The notes: generated by a model from the sequence alone, not told the origin. A DNA stretch of 64,000 nucleotides from Acidobacteriota bacterium (GCA_031423495.1 JANPFP010000001.1:32030-96029); one strand, 5' to 3'. Positions 31,243-42,811 are shown, counted from the stretch's first letter. Made by a program: numbers and translations.

Positions 31243-31553
31243 AGCTAGTTTGCGCACAATTCCCCAGCCCGGCGAATACTTGGTTCGCACTTTTCCCCCT
31301 CCGGCAGTGAAAGCCGTTGGAAAGCTGCGGCATCGCGCTTGCTCTGAGGTGATGCGTGAAAATTGAATGGCAAACTAATTTCAGACAGAGGTAATAACCA
31401 TGATCCTTCCCGTACAAATCACCTTTCGCAATATGGAAAGCTCTCCAGCCGTATGGCCTTTGCGCATAGGCCGCGTGGCTCGTGACGCAACTCAACGCAA
31501 GTACGATCTCACTTACCTACACCACAATCTTTCGCATGGAATGCCTCCCCTCA

Positions 31554-31952
31554 TTATTCGATTAACAGCCGCTCGCCTTTGAATGATTGAAATGCTTCTT
31601 TGAACATCGCGCGGTGATGCGTCTCGCGTTCAAGCGCCAGCCGGAAACTGGCGACGGCGTCTTTGCGTCCGTCTTCCTGCGCTTCGCGGATGAAGCGCGG
31701 ATACATCTCTTCGATCTCTTCGTCTTCGCCGTTGGCCGCGTGGTCAAGGTTTTCAATGGTGGTTTTCACTCCGCCCGCGACGCGCAAATGATTGACGCCG
31801 TGAATCGCCTCGGCTCCGGCGGCTTCTAAAAACAACTGCGCGATTTCGGGGAAGCCCTCCTGCATCGCCTGCATCGCAAACGCCGTGTATTCGAGCCGCG
31901 CCGTCGCTTCGCCCGTAATGGCGGCTTTCAGATTGGTGACAGTCTTGGTCAT
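31554..31952 (-). CDS. rubrerythrin/ferritin-like diiron protein (no rubredoxin domain)
   Basis: E..E..H ligand pattern (EATARLE, EAIHG, ERETHH); ~132 aa. Confidence 0.7.
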   Translation of the reverse strand: MTKTVTNLKAAITGEATARLEYTAFAMQAMQEGFPEIAQLFLEAAGAEAIHGVNHLRVAGGVKTTIENLDHAANGEDEEIEEMYPRFIREAQEDGRKDAVASFRLALERETHHRAMFKEAFQSFKGERLLIE

Positions 31953-31974
31953 GGTTCGCTCCTTCTCCAATGGG

Positions 31975-32007
31975 TTGTAGAACAAGATGCTATCTTGCTC
32001 TACAACC
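31975..32007. promoter_or_regulatory. 33-bp near-perfect palindrome GTTGTAGAACAAGAT-gct-ATCTTGCTCTACAAC between divergent rubrerythrin and USP genes (operator-like)
   Basis: 15-bp arms with 1 mismatch; located in a divergent promoter region. Confidence 0.5.
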
Positions 32008-32009
32008 AC

Positions 32010-32028
32010 TGAAGCAAGCCTGATGCCG
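32010..32028 (-). promoter_or_regulatory. candidate sigma-54 promoter cCGGCATcaggcTTGCt (minus strand) upstream of rubrerythrin-like gene
   Basis: GG-N10-GC with TTGC. Confidence 0.45.
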
Positions 32029-32165
32029 CTACCTGTTTGCGGCTTTTGACGCAGTTGGCCGTGCTAATTGCGCACAATCCCCCACCACCAAAGAGGCATA
32101 TCAATTGCTCATCATCAGCCGACGGATACATCACTGGATGCACCACAACTACGAGGAGCAATACG

Positions 32166-33083
32166 ATGAATAAGCTAATGAAAATCCTGATTGCCCACGA
32201 TGGCTCTGACGGAGCCAATGCCATGTTGGATGATTTGCATCGCGCCGGTTTGCCGCGTTACGCCGAGGCCGCAGTCGTCTCTGTCGCCGAGTCATACGTA
32301 TTGCTGGCCAGCGGTTTGGGCGGCATTGCGCCTGCATTTGCGACAGAGGGCATCAACAGCGTGAGCCGAGCGCGCACGTTGGCTGAACAAGCCGCCGTGC
32401 GCTTGCAGGTAGAGTTTCCCGAATGGCAAGTGCGTCATACGGCGCTCTTTGGTCCGCCTACCCAAAAGTTGCTCGAAGAAGCCGACGCCTGGCAAGCCGA
32501 TCTCATGGTGTTCGGCTCGCACGGCCACAGTGTGCTGGGGCGTCTCTTTTTCGGCAGCGTCTCGCACAACGTCATTCATCACGCGCCATGCTCCGTTCGC
32601 ATCGCGCGCGGCTCGCACAAAGAAGCCAGCGCGCCTATCCGCCTCATCGTCGGCGTAGACGGTTCGCCGCATGCTGAAGCCGCCCTCAACGCAATCGCCG
32701 CGCGCGCCTGGCCGCCAGGCAGCGAAGCCCGCATCGTCAGCGCCTATCATTTGCAAAACCAAAGCGTCGAGCCGCTGGCCTACCACGAAAACGCCGACGC
32801 ACAACTGGCGGAATGGATTGCCGCCGCACACAAAAGCGCCGAAACCATCGCGGCGGGCGCGGCTGCGCGTCTCTTGCCGACGGGGTTGCAAACTTCCATC
32901 GCGGTTAAAGAAGCGAGTCCGAAACAGTTGTTGCTGGACGAAGCCGAAAGCTGGAAGGCCGACTGCATCTTTGTCGGCGCGCGCGGCCTGAGCGATTTCA
33001 AGCGCCTGTTGCTGGGCAGCGTTTCAACCGCCGTCGTCACGCGCGCGCACTGTTCGGTCGAAGTCGTGCGAACACACTCGTAA
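32166..33083 (+). CDS. universal stress protein, tandem UspA domains
   Basis: MKILIAHDGSDGANAML...LMVFGSHGHSVLGRLFFGSVSHNVIHHAPCSVRIAR and second module ..[33 protein letters not shown]; RBS gaggag. Confidence 0.85.
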   Translation: MNKLMKILIAHDGSDGANAMLDDLHRAGLPRYAEAAVVSVAESYVLLASGLGGIAPAFATEGINSVSRARTLAEQAAVRLQVEFPEWQVRHTALFGPPTQKLLEEADAWQADLMVFGSHGHSVLGRLFFGSVSHNVIHHAPCSVRIARGSHKEASAPIRLIVGVDGSPHAEAALNAIAARAWPPGSEARIVSAYHLQNQSVEPLAYHENADAQLAEWIAAAHKSAETIAAGAAARLLPTGLQTSIAVKEASPKQLLLDEAESWKADCIFVGARGLSDFKRLLLGSVSTAVVTRAHCSVEVVRTHS

Positions 33084-33097
33084 AACGCGGAGCCACC

Positions 33098-34085
33098 ATG
33101 AACAACACCTTTTGTGAGCGCGTCATCGCCAGTGCGCAAATGCGTCCCGACAAGATTACGATGATTGCGCCCGGCAAAGACGGCGCTGAAACGATCACCT
33201 TCGGCGCGATGCTCGAACAGATTCGCAGCCTCGCCTTTCGCCTTTCGCAAGAGCAGATCGGGTTCGGCGACCGCGTAGCCCTGCTCGGCGAAAATCATCC
33301 GCACTGGTCGCTGGCTTATCTCGGCGCGTTGTTTCGCGGCGCGGTCGCTGTGCCGCTTGATCCGGCCTCCACCATCGAAGCGTTGACGCACTTCCTCAAT
33401 GATTCACAAGCCAAAATCGCTTTCGTCGCGCTTTCGTCTTTCGACAAGTTTCACGCCGTATGCGAACGGCTGGGCCGCAAAATTCCCGCCGTCTCGTTGC
33501 TGCCTTCGCCTATGCAGAATGGCTACGCGAGTTTTGCCGATTGGGCGCATACGCCCGTGCCGCCAGAATTCGTTAACGCCTTGCCACCCGCGCAAGCCGC
33601 AGACATCGCGGGCTTGATGTATACGTCCGGCACGACCGGCACGCCCAAAGCCGTGCCCATCACGCACGGTGCGATCTTTGCCGAAGCCGACGGCGTGCAG
33701 GCGGCGCTCAACATTTCAGAACACGAAGTCGTCTTAAGCCTGTTGCCGCTCTTTCACGTTTATTCGCAAGTGGTGAATCTGTGGCTCTCAACGATTCATC
33801 GGCGCGCAGGTTTATTACGTCACTGAATTGACGAGCGCAGCGATTGAGCGCGCCTTGCACGACAGTCACGCCACCGCGCTCGTCGGCGTGCAGTGCGTCT
33901 GGCCGCGCGGTTCCAAACTCATTCGTCCGGCGCAGATCAAACTCAGCTTTGGCGCACCTTTCATGCCAGCCGAAGCCTTCACGGCTGACGTGAACGGCGA
34001 AGCGCGTTATCAAGCTGTCACTACTTTGCTCAAACGGCGTATTCAACAAATGCTCAATGAATTGCGGAAATTGCCGAAGAGGTAA
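33098..34085 (+). pseudogene. remnant of an AMP-dependent synthetase/ligase (acyl-CoA synthetase): N-terminal ~240 aa, then a frameshift near 33800 and a premature end
   Basis: AMP-binding motif MYTSGTTGTPKAV and LPLFH; continuation (..YYVTELTSAAIERALHDSHATALVGV) lies in another frame (ORF 33828..34085), and the C-terminal ~250 aa of a normal ligase are missing. Confidence 0.5.
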
Positions 34086-34141
34086 AGGTCATTCGCTATC
34101 AGATATGCCCCAACGAAACCTTCCCCGATAACATCCGCCGC

Positions 34142-34966
34142 TTGGCACAACAACAAGCAGACAAAGCCTTGCGTCATCTGGCTGCGATTGACGTTGACCG
34201 CGACACGGCGATTCATCAACCACGGCGTTGTTTCAAACGCATTCGCGGACTCTTGCACTTGTTACGTCAGCTTCTGCCCGCCAAAGTTTATCGACGCGAG
34301 AACCGTTACTATCGCGATGCCGGACGTAGCCTCGCGTGTTTGCGCGAACCCATCGCGCTCGTGCAAACCCTTGATCGGCTGGCGCAATCGCACGAACACG
34401 CCGAAGCCTTCGCCGAATTCCGACGCGCCTTGCAAGCTGTCAGCGCCTTGCAAGGGCTGCACGCCGAACGCATTGCCGCCAGTCTCGTCAAGACGCTGAA
34501 AACCGCCCGCGCGCCCATCGCCAACTGGCCGCTGGCGACGGATGAGCGTCAAACAATGACCGGAGGCATGGCTGCTGTCTACCGGAAAGGCCGCGCGCGA
34601 ATGGTTCAGGCACAGCGCAAACCTTCGACCGAAAACTTTCATGCGTCGCGCAAACAAGTGCGTTACCTGCACGACGGCTTGCAGTTGTTCAAATCGCTCG
34701 AACCCACAACGCTCAGTCAGTACGCGCTGGAACTCAACGAATTGGCCCTTGAGTTGGAAAGCTATTTAAGCGAATTGCATGACCTCGCGGTCTTGCGCCA
34801 ATGGCTGCTGCTCGTCACGCAAGAACTATGGCCGTTGGAACAAGCTGAACCGTTGACCCCATCCACGCACGGCAATCCGTCGTGCGCGCGCTCATCAAAC
34901 CGCTTGGTAAAAAACTTTTTGATCAATCGCCTCAAGGCTTTCGTCAAACTCGTAAAGAGTGGCTGA
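34142..34966 (+). CDS. CHAD domain-containing protein (start codon uncertain; track uses TTG)
   Basis: AIHQPRRCFKRIRGLLHLLR and repeated helical His/Arg-rich CHAD-like segments. Confidence 0.5.
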   Translation: MAQQQADKALRHLAAIDVDRDTAIHQPRRCFKRIRGLLHLLRQLLPAKVYRRENRYYRDAGRSLACLREPIALVQTLDRLAQSHEHAEAFAEFRRALQAVSALQGLHAERIAASLVKTLKTARAPIANWPLATDERQTMTGGMAAVYRKGRARMVQAQRKPSTENFHASRKQVRYLHDGLQLFKSLEPTTLSQYALELNELALELESYLSELHDLAVLRQWLLLVTQELWPLEQAEPLTPSTHGNPSCARSSNRLVKNFLINRLKAFVKLVKSG

Positions 34967-35216
34967 GCGCGAAGCGCAAGCGGGTTACAGTTTTACGGCT
35001 ATTCTGCCTTACAGTGCGGAAACGCTCACAGCCTGAGCGAACTCGCCCACTTCATTGCGAAAATTCTCATGCGCAAAAGCGATAAGTCCTTGAATAGCGT
35101 GTCTGCGTTGCGCGACATAGCGGTTGCACTGTTGTCAGACGGCAAGCAAATAAACGTCAGTTGTTCGCTTGCCGTTGACCGTGAACCAATGACTGAAATT
35201 TAGAAGGAGTAAAACC

Positions 35217-35693
35217 ATGAAAAGTGCTACTGCAATGGTGCCCGCAAAAATATCTGGCGGGTTGACAACCGATCCGTTCCGCGAATTCGAGCGGCGCATG
35301 AATCGTTTCTTCGGCGGGAATTTCGGCTTCTTGCCGGAAGGCGAAGAAAGTTTCTCGCTGGCGACTTGGGCTCCGGCCTGCGATGTTTATGAGAACGAAA
35401 ACGAACTTGTTGTCAAAGCCGAATTGCCTGACGTGAAAAAAGAAGACGTGAAAGTCAGCATTGATAACAACGTGCTGACCCTCACTGGCGAACGCAAGTT
35501 TGAGGAAGAGACGAAGCGCGAAAATTACCATCGGCTGGAACGCAGCTACGGCGAATTTCTGCGCAGCTTCACCCTGCCCAACTACGTGGATGCGGCCAGG
35601 ATCAACGCCGAATTCAAGGACGGCATGCTGAAGGTCACGATGCCCAAACGCGCGGAAGCCAAACCCAAACAGATCGAAATCAAGGCGAGCTAA
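35217..35693 (+). CDS. Hsp20/alpha-crystallin family small heat shock protein
   Basis: [44 protein letters not shown]...GMLKVTMPK. Confidence 0.85.
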   Translation: MKSATAMVPAKISGGLTTDPFREFERRMNRFFGGNFGFLPEGEESFSLATWAPACDVYENENELVVKAELPDVKKEDVKVSIDNNVLTLTGERKFEEETKRENYHRLERSYGEFLRSFTLPNYVDAARINAEFKDGMLKVTMPKRAEAKPKQIEIKAS

Positions 35694-35732
35694 CTTTTGA
35701 ACTCGCATGATTTTCGCTTTGATCAGTAAGCG

Positions 35733-35782
35733 AAAAAAACCATCCGCCAGCACAACCAGTGTGGGCGGATGGTTTTTTTTTG
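35733..35782 (+). terminator. rho-independent terminator (aaaaaaaccatccgcc-loop-ggcggatggttttttttt), preceded by a second small hairpin
   Basis: 9-bp GC-rich stem flanked by an A-run and a T-run, 40 nt after the Hsp20 stop. Confidence 0.8.
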
Positions 35783-35928
35783 TTGGGCGCAAATCAATCG
35801 CGCTATCGAAATTTTACTCAGCCCTTGAGGCTTTCTGCTCAGGCCAGAGCGAAGTTTTCCGCAAATATCCTGCGCCACTGCGTCAATTCGCGCGGCATCT
35901 GATTTGCTCCTGTGTCAGCGAGGAATAT

Positions 35929-36264
35929 ATGAAAGAACCGAAAGCCCTTCGACTACAACTCACGACGCGCTACGCCGAGTTACGCGAACGCTTGGCGCGC
36001 ATCAGCAACGACGAACGCCGCGCGAGCGAACCGCTCGACGCCGATTTCGCCGAGCAAGCCGTCGAACGCGAGAACGACGAAGTACTCACCGCGCTCGACG
36101 GTTCGATTCGCGCCGAGATGGCGCAACTCGAAAAAACGCTCGCGCGTTTAGACAGCGGCGATTACGGCGTATGCGAATCGTGCGGCAAAGCGATTGCTCC
36201 CAAGCGACTGGAAGCCTTGCCGTTCGCTACGCGCTGTGTGGCGTGCGAAGAGCGCAACGCGTAA
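35929..36264 (+). CDS. DksA/TraR family C4-type zinc finger protein
   Basis: coiled coil plus C-terminal CESCGKAIAPKRLEALPFATRCVACEE. Confidence 0.75.
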   Translation: MKEPKALRLQLTTRYAELRERLARISNDERRASEPLDADFAEQAVERENDEVLTALDGSIRAEMAQLEKTLARLDSGDYGVCESCGKAIAPKRLEALPFATRCVACEERNA

Positions 36265-36284
36265 CGCACGGAATCGGCAAGAGT

Positions 36285-37082
36285 ATGAGCTTACGCAAAA
36301 CCCTGAATCTGCCCAAAGAACACGGCGCGTGGGCGATGTTGTATGTGTCCTTCGTGCTGGGCGTGTTAGTCGCCGGTCGCATCAACCTGCCTGTCGCCTT
36401 GTTGTTGCTGACCGTCACCGCACTGTTCATCTCGCGCGAATCGCTCTTGATCTGGTGGCGTGCGCATCGGCGCGGACGTTCTGCACCTGACGCCGCGCGC
36501 TTGTTGCTGATTTATTTTTCGCTCGCTGCTGTGGGAGGGCTGTGGCTGTTATTCGGTCATCGGCTGTGGTGGCTTGCGCTGTTGGGATTGTTCGGTTTGG
36601 GATTGCTGATTCTCAACGGCAATCAGGGCGCGCAATTGGCGGATCGTTCGTTGCGCAATGAGTTGCTGGCGATTGTCGGCTTAACGCTGACCGCGCCGGC
36701 GGCTTATTACGCAGCGAGCGGTTTATGGAACGCGCAGACCATCTGGCTCTGGGCGTTGAGTTCAACCTATTTCATCAGCAGCGTTTTTTACATCAAGTTG
36801 CGCGTGGCGCGGTTGCATCCGCAAGGGCAAGACGCGGCGTTGCAGGCCGGGCGTCATTGCCTCCTTTACCATTCGTTTCTGTTGAGCGCGCTTTTACTGC
36901 TCTGGCTCACCGGTAGCTTGCCGTTATTCGCGCTGGTCGCGTTCGCGCCCGCCGTCGCGCGCGCCTTCTGGAGCCTGATCAAGCCTGTACAACGCATCAA
37001 CCTGACGCGCGCCGGTATTTTCGAAATCGCGTATTCGCTCATTTTTCTCACCTTCATCGCGCTCTCATTCCGGTGGCATTAA
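36285..37082 (+). CDS. YwiC-like family membrane protein
   Basis: 265-aa polytopic membrane protein beginning MSLRKTLNLPKEHGAWAMLYVSF; immediately upstream of PFOR. Confidence 0.5.
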   Translation: MSLRKTLNLPKEHGAWAMLYVSFVLGVLVAGRINLPVALLLLTVTALFISRESLLIWWRAHRRGRSAPDAARLLLIYFSLAAVGGLWLLFGHRLWWLALLGLFGLGLLILNGNQGAQLADRSLRNELLAIVGLTLTAPAAYYAASGLWNAQTIWLWALSSTYFISSVFYIKLRVARLHPQGQDAALQAGRHCLLYHSFLLSALLLLWLTGSLPLFALVAFAPAVARAFWSLIKPVQRINLTRAGIFEIAYSLIFLTFIALSFRWH

Positions 37083-37084
37083 CC

Positions 37085-40000
37085 ATGAACAAACCTCTTG
37101 TCACACTCGACGCCAACGAAGCCGTAGCGCATGTGGTTTATCGCCTCAATGAAGTCATTGCGCTTTATCCGATCACGCCTTCGTCGCCGATGGGCGAATG
37201 GGCTGATGCGTGGGCGACAGCGGGTACGCCGAACCTCTGGGGCACGGTTCCCGCCATCGTTGAAATGCAAAGCGAAGGCGGCGCAGCGGGCGCGATTCAC
37301 GGCGCTCTGCAAACCGGCGCGTTGGCGACGACGTTCACCGCGTCGCAAGGGCTGTTGTTGATGATTCCGAATATGTACAAGATCGCGGGCGAACTCACGC
37401 CCGCCGTCTTGCACGTAGCCGCGCGCGCACTGGCCGCGCAAGGACTTTCGATTTTCGGCGACCACAGCGATGTGATGGCGGCGCGCGCGACGGGTTTCGG
37501 CATGCTTTGTTCCGCGTCGGTGCAAGAGGCGATGGACTTTGCGCTGATCGCGCAAGCCGCCACGCTCGAGGCGCGCATCCCGTTCATTCATTTCTTCGAC
37601 GGCTTTCGCACTTCGCACGAAGTCGCCAAAGTAGAGTTACTCAGCGAAGACGAGATGCGCGCGATGATTGATTTGGATTTGGTATTCGCGCATCGGCAAC
37701 GTGCGTTGTCGCCCGACCATCCCGTCATTCGCGGTACGGCGCAAAACCCGGACGTTTATTTTCAGGCGCGCGAAACCGTCAATCCGTTTTATCTCGCTTG
37801 CCCAAACATCGTGCAAAACGCGATGGATCGTTTCGCGCAACTCACCGGTCGCCGCTATCAACTGTTTGAATATCACGGCGCACCCGATGCCGAGCGCGTG
37901 ATCGTGTTGATGGGTTCGGGCGCTGAAGCCGCGCACGAGACGGTTGATTACCTGAACGCGCGCGGCACGAAAGTCGGTGTGTTGAAAGTGCGTTTGTATC
38001 GTCCTTTCGACGCGCAGCGATTCGTCGCGGCCTTGCCCGCTACGACTAAAGCCATTGCCGTGCTTGACCGCACGAAAGAGCCGGGCAGTGCGGGCGAACC
38101 GCTTTATCAGGATTGCCTGACCGCTTTATATGAAATCGCGGGGCACGAATTCGCTTGGCCCGCGATGCCGCGCGTGGTCGGAGGTCGTTACGGCCTTGCG
38201 TCCAACGAATTCACGCCCGCGATGATCAAGGCGGTCTTCGATAACCTCGCGCTCACGCAACCTAAAAATCATTTCACCATCGGCATCAACGACGACGTGA
38301 CGCATACGAGTTTGCCTTTTGATGACAGCTTTTCGACCGAGCCTGACAATGTCGTGCGCGCGTTGTTTTACGGCCTCGGCTCTGACGGCACGGTGGGCGC
38401 GAATAAAAATTCGATCAAGATCATCGGCGAGAATACGGCGAATTATGCGCAGGGTTATTTCGTTTACGATTCCAAAAAATCCGGCGCGATGACGGTCTCG
38501 CATCTGCGCTTCGGGCCGCAGCCGATTCGTTCGTCTTATCTCATCACGCAAGCCAATTTCGTCGCCTGCCATCAACCGATTTTTTTGGAACGTTACGACA
38601 TGGTTGCGCCGCTCAACGCGGGCGGTACTTTTTTGCTGAACGCACCTTGGAAAGCAGACGAAGTTTGGGACCACCTGCCGCGCGCAATGCAGCAACAAAT
38701 TATCGCCAAGCACATCAGGCTTTACGCGATTGACGCGAACAAGGTTGCGCAAGCCAGCGGTATGGGCAATCGCATCAACACCGTGATGCAGGTGTGTTTT
38801 TTCGCGCTCTCAGGCGTGCTGCCTAAAGACGAAGCCATCGCCGCCATCAAACACGCGATTGAAAAAAGCTACGCAAACAAGGGCGATGAAATGGTGGCGA
38901 TGAACATCAATGCTGTAGACCAAACCATGTCGCAACTTTTTGAAGTCACCGTGCCTGCGCAAACCAGCAGCCTATTCGAATTGCCGCCGCCGGTCGCTCA
39001 GACCGCGCCGCCATTCGTGCGCGACGTGCTGGGCATGATGATCGCGGGACGCGGCGATGAATTGCCCGTGAGCGAGTTGCCGTGTGACGGCACTTATCCG
39101 AGCGGCACGGCGCGTTGGGAAAAACGCAATCTGGCGTTGGAGATTCCCGCGTGGGATTCGCAAGTCTGCATTCAATGCGGCAAGTGCGCGATGGTGTGTC
39201 CGCACAGCGTGATTCGCATCAAGGTTTACGATGAGAAAGAGCTTGCCGCCGCACCGGTGACGTTCAAAGCCTGCGACGCCAAAGACCGCGAGTGGCACGG
39301 GATGAAATACACCATTCAGGTCGCGCCCGAAGATTGCACCGGCTGCGGCATTTGCGTAGACGTTTGCCCCGCCAAAAACAAAACCCAAACGCGCCTCAAG
39401 GCTTTGAATATGACGCCGCAACCGCCGTTGCGCGCGGCGGAACGCGACAACTGGGATTTCTTTTTGACGCTGCCCGAAATGGATCGCCGCCTGGTGAAAA
39501 TCTCGAACATCCGCCAGCAACAGTTGCAGGAACCGCTGTTTGAATTTTCAGGCGCGTGCGCGGGCTGCGGCGAAACGCCTTACATCAAGCTGGTCACTCA
39601 ATTGTTCGGCGACCGCACGCTCATCGCCAACGCGACGGGCTGCTCTTCGATTTATGGCGGCAATCTGCCTACGACGCCTTACACGATGAACGCCGACGGG
39701 CGCGGGCCGGCGTGGGCGAATTCACTCTTTGAAGACAACGCCGAATTCGGCCTGGGCTTTCGCGTATCACTCGACAAACAAAAAGAGTTCGCTACGCAGT
39801 TGTTGCAACGATTGTCGCAAATCGTCGGCGATGAATTGACGCGCGGCTTGCTCACGGCTGACCAACACGACGAAGCTGGTATTTATGAACAGCGCGAGCG
39901 TGTGGCTTTGTTAAAAGAGAAACTGCGCGGTGTTGATTCCGTTGAAGCGCGGCAGTTGCTGCAACTGGCCGACCTGCTGGTTCGCAAGAGCGTGTGGATC

Positions 40001-40672
40001 ATCGGTGGCGATGGCTGGGCTTATGACATTGGCTTCGGCGGACTCGATCACGTAATGGCGACAGGGCGCAACGTCAACATCCTCGTACTCGACACCGAAG
40101 TTTATTCCAACACGGGCGGACAGATGTCGAAAGCTACGCCACGCGGCGCTGTCGCCAAGTTCGCGGCGGGGGGTAAACCTGGGCCGAAAAAAGACCTGGG
40201 CTTGATGGCGATGACTTACGGCAACGTTTATGTCGCCCGCGTAGCGATGGGCGCGCGCGATGAACATACGCTGAAAGCCTTTCTCGAAGCGGAAGCTTAC
40301 GACGGGCCATCGCTCATCATTGCTTACAGCCACTGCATTGCGCACGGCATCAATATGACGACCGGCATGCAGAATCAGAAAGCGGCGGTGGACTCAGGGC
40401 AATGGCTGCTCTATCGCTTCCATCCTGACCGCGCACAGCAAGGCGAGAATCCGCTGCAACTCGATTCGCGCGCGCCCAAAATTCCACTCGAGCAATACCT
40501 CTATCGGGAAAACCGTTTCAAGATGTTGACCAAGAGTCAGCCTGAACAAGCGCGGCAATTGTTGAAAGAAGCACAGGCCGATGTTTATTCGCGCTGGCAT
40601 TTGTATGAATACCTCGCCGCGCGCCAGCCAGAACACCAGAAGCCGGAACCCAAATCCACGGGGGCGCAATGA
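37085..40672 (+). CDS. nifJ: pyruvate:ferredoxin (flavodoxin) oxidoreductase, homodimeric PFOR
   Basis: 1196 aa; N-terminal [28 protein letters not shown]; two 4Fe-4S motifs [12 protein letters not shown] and [12 protein letters not shown]; TPP domain [16 protein letters not shown]. Confidence 0.95.
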   Translation: MNKPLVTLDANEAVAHVVYRLNEVIALYPITPSSPMGEWADAWATAGTPNLWGTVPAIVEMQSEGGAAGAIHGALQTGALATTFTASQGLLLMIPNMYKIAGELTPAVLHVAARALAAQGLSIFGDHSDVMAARATGFGMLCSASVQEAMDFALIAQAATLEARIPFIHFFDGFRTSHEVAKVELLSEDEMRAMIDLDLVFAHRQRALSPDHPVIRGTAQNPDVYFQARETVNPFYLACPNIVQNAMDRFAQLTGRRYQLFEYHGAPDAERVIVLMGSGAEAAHETVDYLNARGTKVGVLKVRLYRPFDAQRFVAALPATTKAIAVLDRTKEPGSAGEPLYQDCLTALYEIAGHEFAWPAMPRVVGGRYGLASNEFTPAMIKAVFDNLALTQPKNHFTIGINDDVTHTSLPFDDSFSTEPDNVVRALFYGLGSDGTVGANKNSIKIIGENTANYAQGYFVYDSKKSGAMTVSHLRFGPQPIRSSYLITQANFVACHQPIFLERYDMVAPLNAGGTFLLNAPWKADEVWDHLPRAMQQQIIAKHIRLYAIDANKVAQASGMGNRINTVMQVCFFALSGVLPKDEAIAAIKHAIEKSYANKGDEMVAMNINAVDQTMSQLFEVTVPAQTSSLFELPPPVAQTAPPFVRDVLGMMIAGRGDELPVSELPCDGTYPSGTARWEKRNLALEIPAWDSQVCIQCGKCAMVCPHSVIRIKVYDEKELAAAPVTFKACDAKDREWHGMKYTIQVAPEDCTGCGICVDVCPAKNKTQTRLKALNMTPQPPLRAAERDNWDFFLTLPEMDRRLVKISNIRQQQLQEPLFEFSGACAGCGETPYIKLVTQLFGDRTLIANATGCSSIYGGNLPTTPYTMNADGRGPAWANSLFEDNAEFGLGFRVSLDKQKEFATQLLQRLSQIVGDELTRGLLTADQHDEAGIYEQRERVALLKEKLRGVDSVEARQLLQLADLLVRKSVWIIGGDGWAYDIGFGGLDHVMATGRNVNILVLDTEVYSNTGGQMSKATPRGAVAKFAAGGKPGPKKDLGLMAMTYGNVYVARVAMGARDEHTLKAFLEAEAYDGPSLIIAYSHCIAHGINMTTGMQNQKAAVDSGQWLLYRFHPDRAQQGENPLQLDSRAPKIPLEQYLYRENRFKMLTKSQPEQARQLLKEAQADVYSRWHLYEYLAARQPEHQKPEPKSTGAQ

Positions 40673-41700
40673 TAGACATCAGCACGCATTATCTGGGCTT
40701 GCAGTTGCGCTCGCCGCTCGTTGTTTCGGCATCGCCGCTGTCAGAAGAGTTGGACAACATCAAACGGATGGAAGACGCGGGCGCAGCCGCCGTCGTGTTG
40801 TACTCGCTGTTTGAAGAGCAACTGGAACACGACCAACGAGAGTTGGAACATCACCTGTCACACGGCACTGAGAGTTACGCCGAAGCGTTGAGTTACTTTC
40901 CCGAACCGACGCACTTCCGGCTCGGCCCCGAAGGTTATTTGAATCACATTCGGCGCGCGAAAGAGTCTGTCGCCATTCCCATCATCGCCAGCCTGAACGG
41001 CGACCGGCCCGGCAACTGGACGAGTTACGCCAAAGAGATGCAACAGGCGGGCGCTGATGCATTGGAGTTGAATATCTATTATCTGCCGACTGATCCGAAT
41101 TTGTCGGGGGGCGAAGTCGAGGCGAACTATCTGGAAATTCTGCGCGAAGTAAAAGCGCAGGTGACGATTCCCGTGGCCGTCAAACTCAGTCCGTTTTTCA
41201 GCAGCCTCGCGCACATGGCGCAGCGGCTGGACGCAGCAGGTGCGAGCGGGCTGGTGCTGTTCAACCGTTTCTATCAACCTGACATTCATCTCGAAACGCT
41301 GGACGTGCGCCCCAACATCATTCTCAGCACACCGCAGGCGCTGCGGTTGCCGATGCGCTGGGTTGCGATTCTCTATGGACGCATTCGCGCTGATCTGGCT
41401 GCGACCAGCGGCATTCATACGGCGCAGGACGCGCTGAAGATACTGATGGCAGGCGCGCGCGTTACACAACTCTGCTCAGTGTTATTCCGCCACGGCATTG
41501 ACCACATACGCATCATCGAACGCGAACTCAGTCAATGGCTGACAGAACACGAATACGAATCGGTCACGCAACTGCTGGGCAGCATGAGCCAACTCAATTG
41601 CGCTGATCCGGCTGAATTTGAACGCGCGCAATACGTGCGGGCGCTGCATACGTTCACCCTCACGCACGCGCAACCGGCAGAAGCTATCGTCCACGGGTGA
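40669..41700 (+). CDS. dihydroorotate dehydrogenase-like (PyrD-family TIM barrel) protein
   Basis: DHOD fold signature (..[13 protein letters not shown]..., ..[11 protein letters not shown].., ..[10 protein letters not shown]..); start overlaps PFOR stop (ATGA). Confidence 0.7.
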   Translation: MIDISTHYLGLQLRSPLVVSASPLSEELDNIKRMEDAGAAAVVLYSLFEEQLEHDQRELEHHLSHGTESYAEALSYFPEPTHFRLGPEGYLNHIRRAKESVAIPIIASLNGDRPGNWTSYAKEMQQAGADALELNIYYLPTDPNLSGGEVEANYLEILREVKAQVTIPVAVKLSPFFSSLAHMAQRLDAAGASGLVLFNRFYQPDIHLETLDVRPNIILSTPQALRLPMRWVAILYGRIRADLAATSGIHTAQDALKILMAGARVTQLCSVLFRHGIDHIRIIERELSQWLTEHEYESVTQLLGSMSQLNCADPAEFERAQYVRALHTFTLTHAQPAEAIVHG

Positions 41701-41804
41701 ACAAACAGCGCCATTAAACCTATGAGAAAGCGTTCGAATCGCCAGTCTGCTCCGTCGTCACCGACCAGAAGGCAAGCGAGTTGTTTCCAAACAACCTAGC
41801 CACC

Positions 41805-42704
41805 TTACCTGACAACCTCTACCGAACAATGCGCACGTGCTGCGACGGCGGAAGAAACGCTGCCGAGCAGGATGCGGTCAAGCCTTCCCATCCCGTGCGA
41901 GCCGACGAAGATGCAATCAGCACCCCAGCGTTCAGCTTCGTTGACAAGCAACTGTTTGGGGTCGCCTTGCTTCATCAAATGCGTAACGCGCAGGTTGGCA
42001 CCTTTCAGCCGGTTGGCAGCTTTTTCGATGGCGGCGGTGATGCGTTCGTTTTCTTCGGCGATCCACTGCGACATCGGAGTGATCACGCCTTGTTCGTTAA
42101 GCGCGTTGCGAACGCCTTGGGAGGCGAGCGTCCAGTTCGCCGCGACGATCATCGCTTCGTCATCGGATGACCAGTGGCGGCGCGCGAGTGTTTGCACCAT
42201 TTCATCGGCGCACTCTGAACCGTCTACGCCAACGACTAAACGCAAAGGCTGACCAGGCTCTTTGTCATTGTCTCGTGCAACGCGTACCGAGCAGCGCGCG
42301 TGTTGCAACACGCCGTGCGAGACGCTGCCGAAAAAGAAACGGCCCAACGCGGTGCGTCCGTGCGAACCCAGCACGAACAAGTCGGGCTGCCATTCATCGG
42401 CGCGCCACACCAGTGAACTCACGGGCGAACCGGTCACGGCTTCGGCGTGTACGTGCCATTCGGGGAAAAGCGTTTTCACTACGTTTTGCGCTTCGTGCGC
42501 GAGTTGCAAGGCTTCGTCTTGATGCTTGCTCTCTTCGGCGGGAAAAGCCGTATCTACGCCGCCGTAGCTGGCAGGTAATGGAATCCATGATTCCGCTACG
42601 GACACAACGCGCGCCTCGACTTTGCGCGGCAAGCCCGCGCGTTGCAGATCAACCAACGCAGCTTCCGCGCAAGCCGAACCGTCATAACAAATCAGAATTT
42701 TCAT
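41805..42704 (-). CDS. universal stress protein, tandem UspA domains
   Basis: [17 protein letters not shown]...[36 protein letters not shown] and second module. Confidence 0.85.
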   Translation of the reverse strand: MKILICYDGSACAEAALVDLQRAGLPRKVEARVVSVAESWIPLPASYGGVDTAFPAEESKHQDEALQLAHEAQNVVKTLFPEWHVHAEAVTGSPVSSLVWRADEWQPDLFVLGSHGRTALGRFFFGSVSHGVLQHARCSVRVARDNDKEPGQPLRLVVGVDGSECADEMVQTLARRHWSSDDEAMIVAANWTLASQGVRNALNEQGVITPMSQWIAEENERITAAIEKAANRLKGANLRVTHLMKQGDPKQLLVNEAERWGADCIFVGSHGMGRLDRILLGSVSSAVAARAHCSVEVVR

Positions 42705-42790
42705 TTTGCCTCCTACCATCGAAACAAGTCAGGCAAACAGCCTGGCTCACGATTACTTAATCACTAACGCTGAACTGCGTTCGCTGAAGA

Positions 42791-42811
42791 GAATGGCAAC
42801 TGTTGTTCCAG
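42791..42811 (-). promoter_or_regulatory. candidate sigma-54 promoter cTGGAACaacagTTGCc (minus strand) upstream of USP 42704
   Basis: TGG-N..-TTGC with canonical spacing; weaker -24 (TGGAAC). Confidence 0.4.

Noticed and set aside
32048-32065. Sigma-54-like site TTGGCCGTGCTAATTGCG upstream of USP 32166
   Set aside because: The GG to GC spacing is 11 rather than 10 nt. It is mentioned only as a weak candidate inside the divergent-promoter finding.
34100-34145. TGGCAC-like string CTTGGCACAACAACAAGCAG at the CHAD gene start
   Set aside because: No TTGC at -12 and it overlaps the coding start. It is a coincidental GGCAC.
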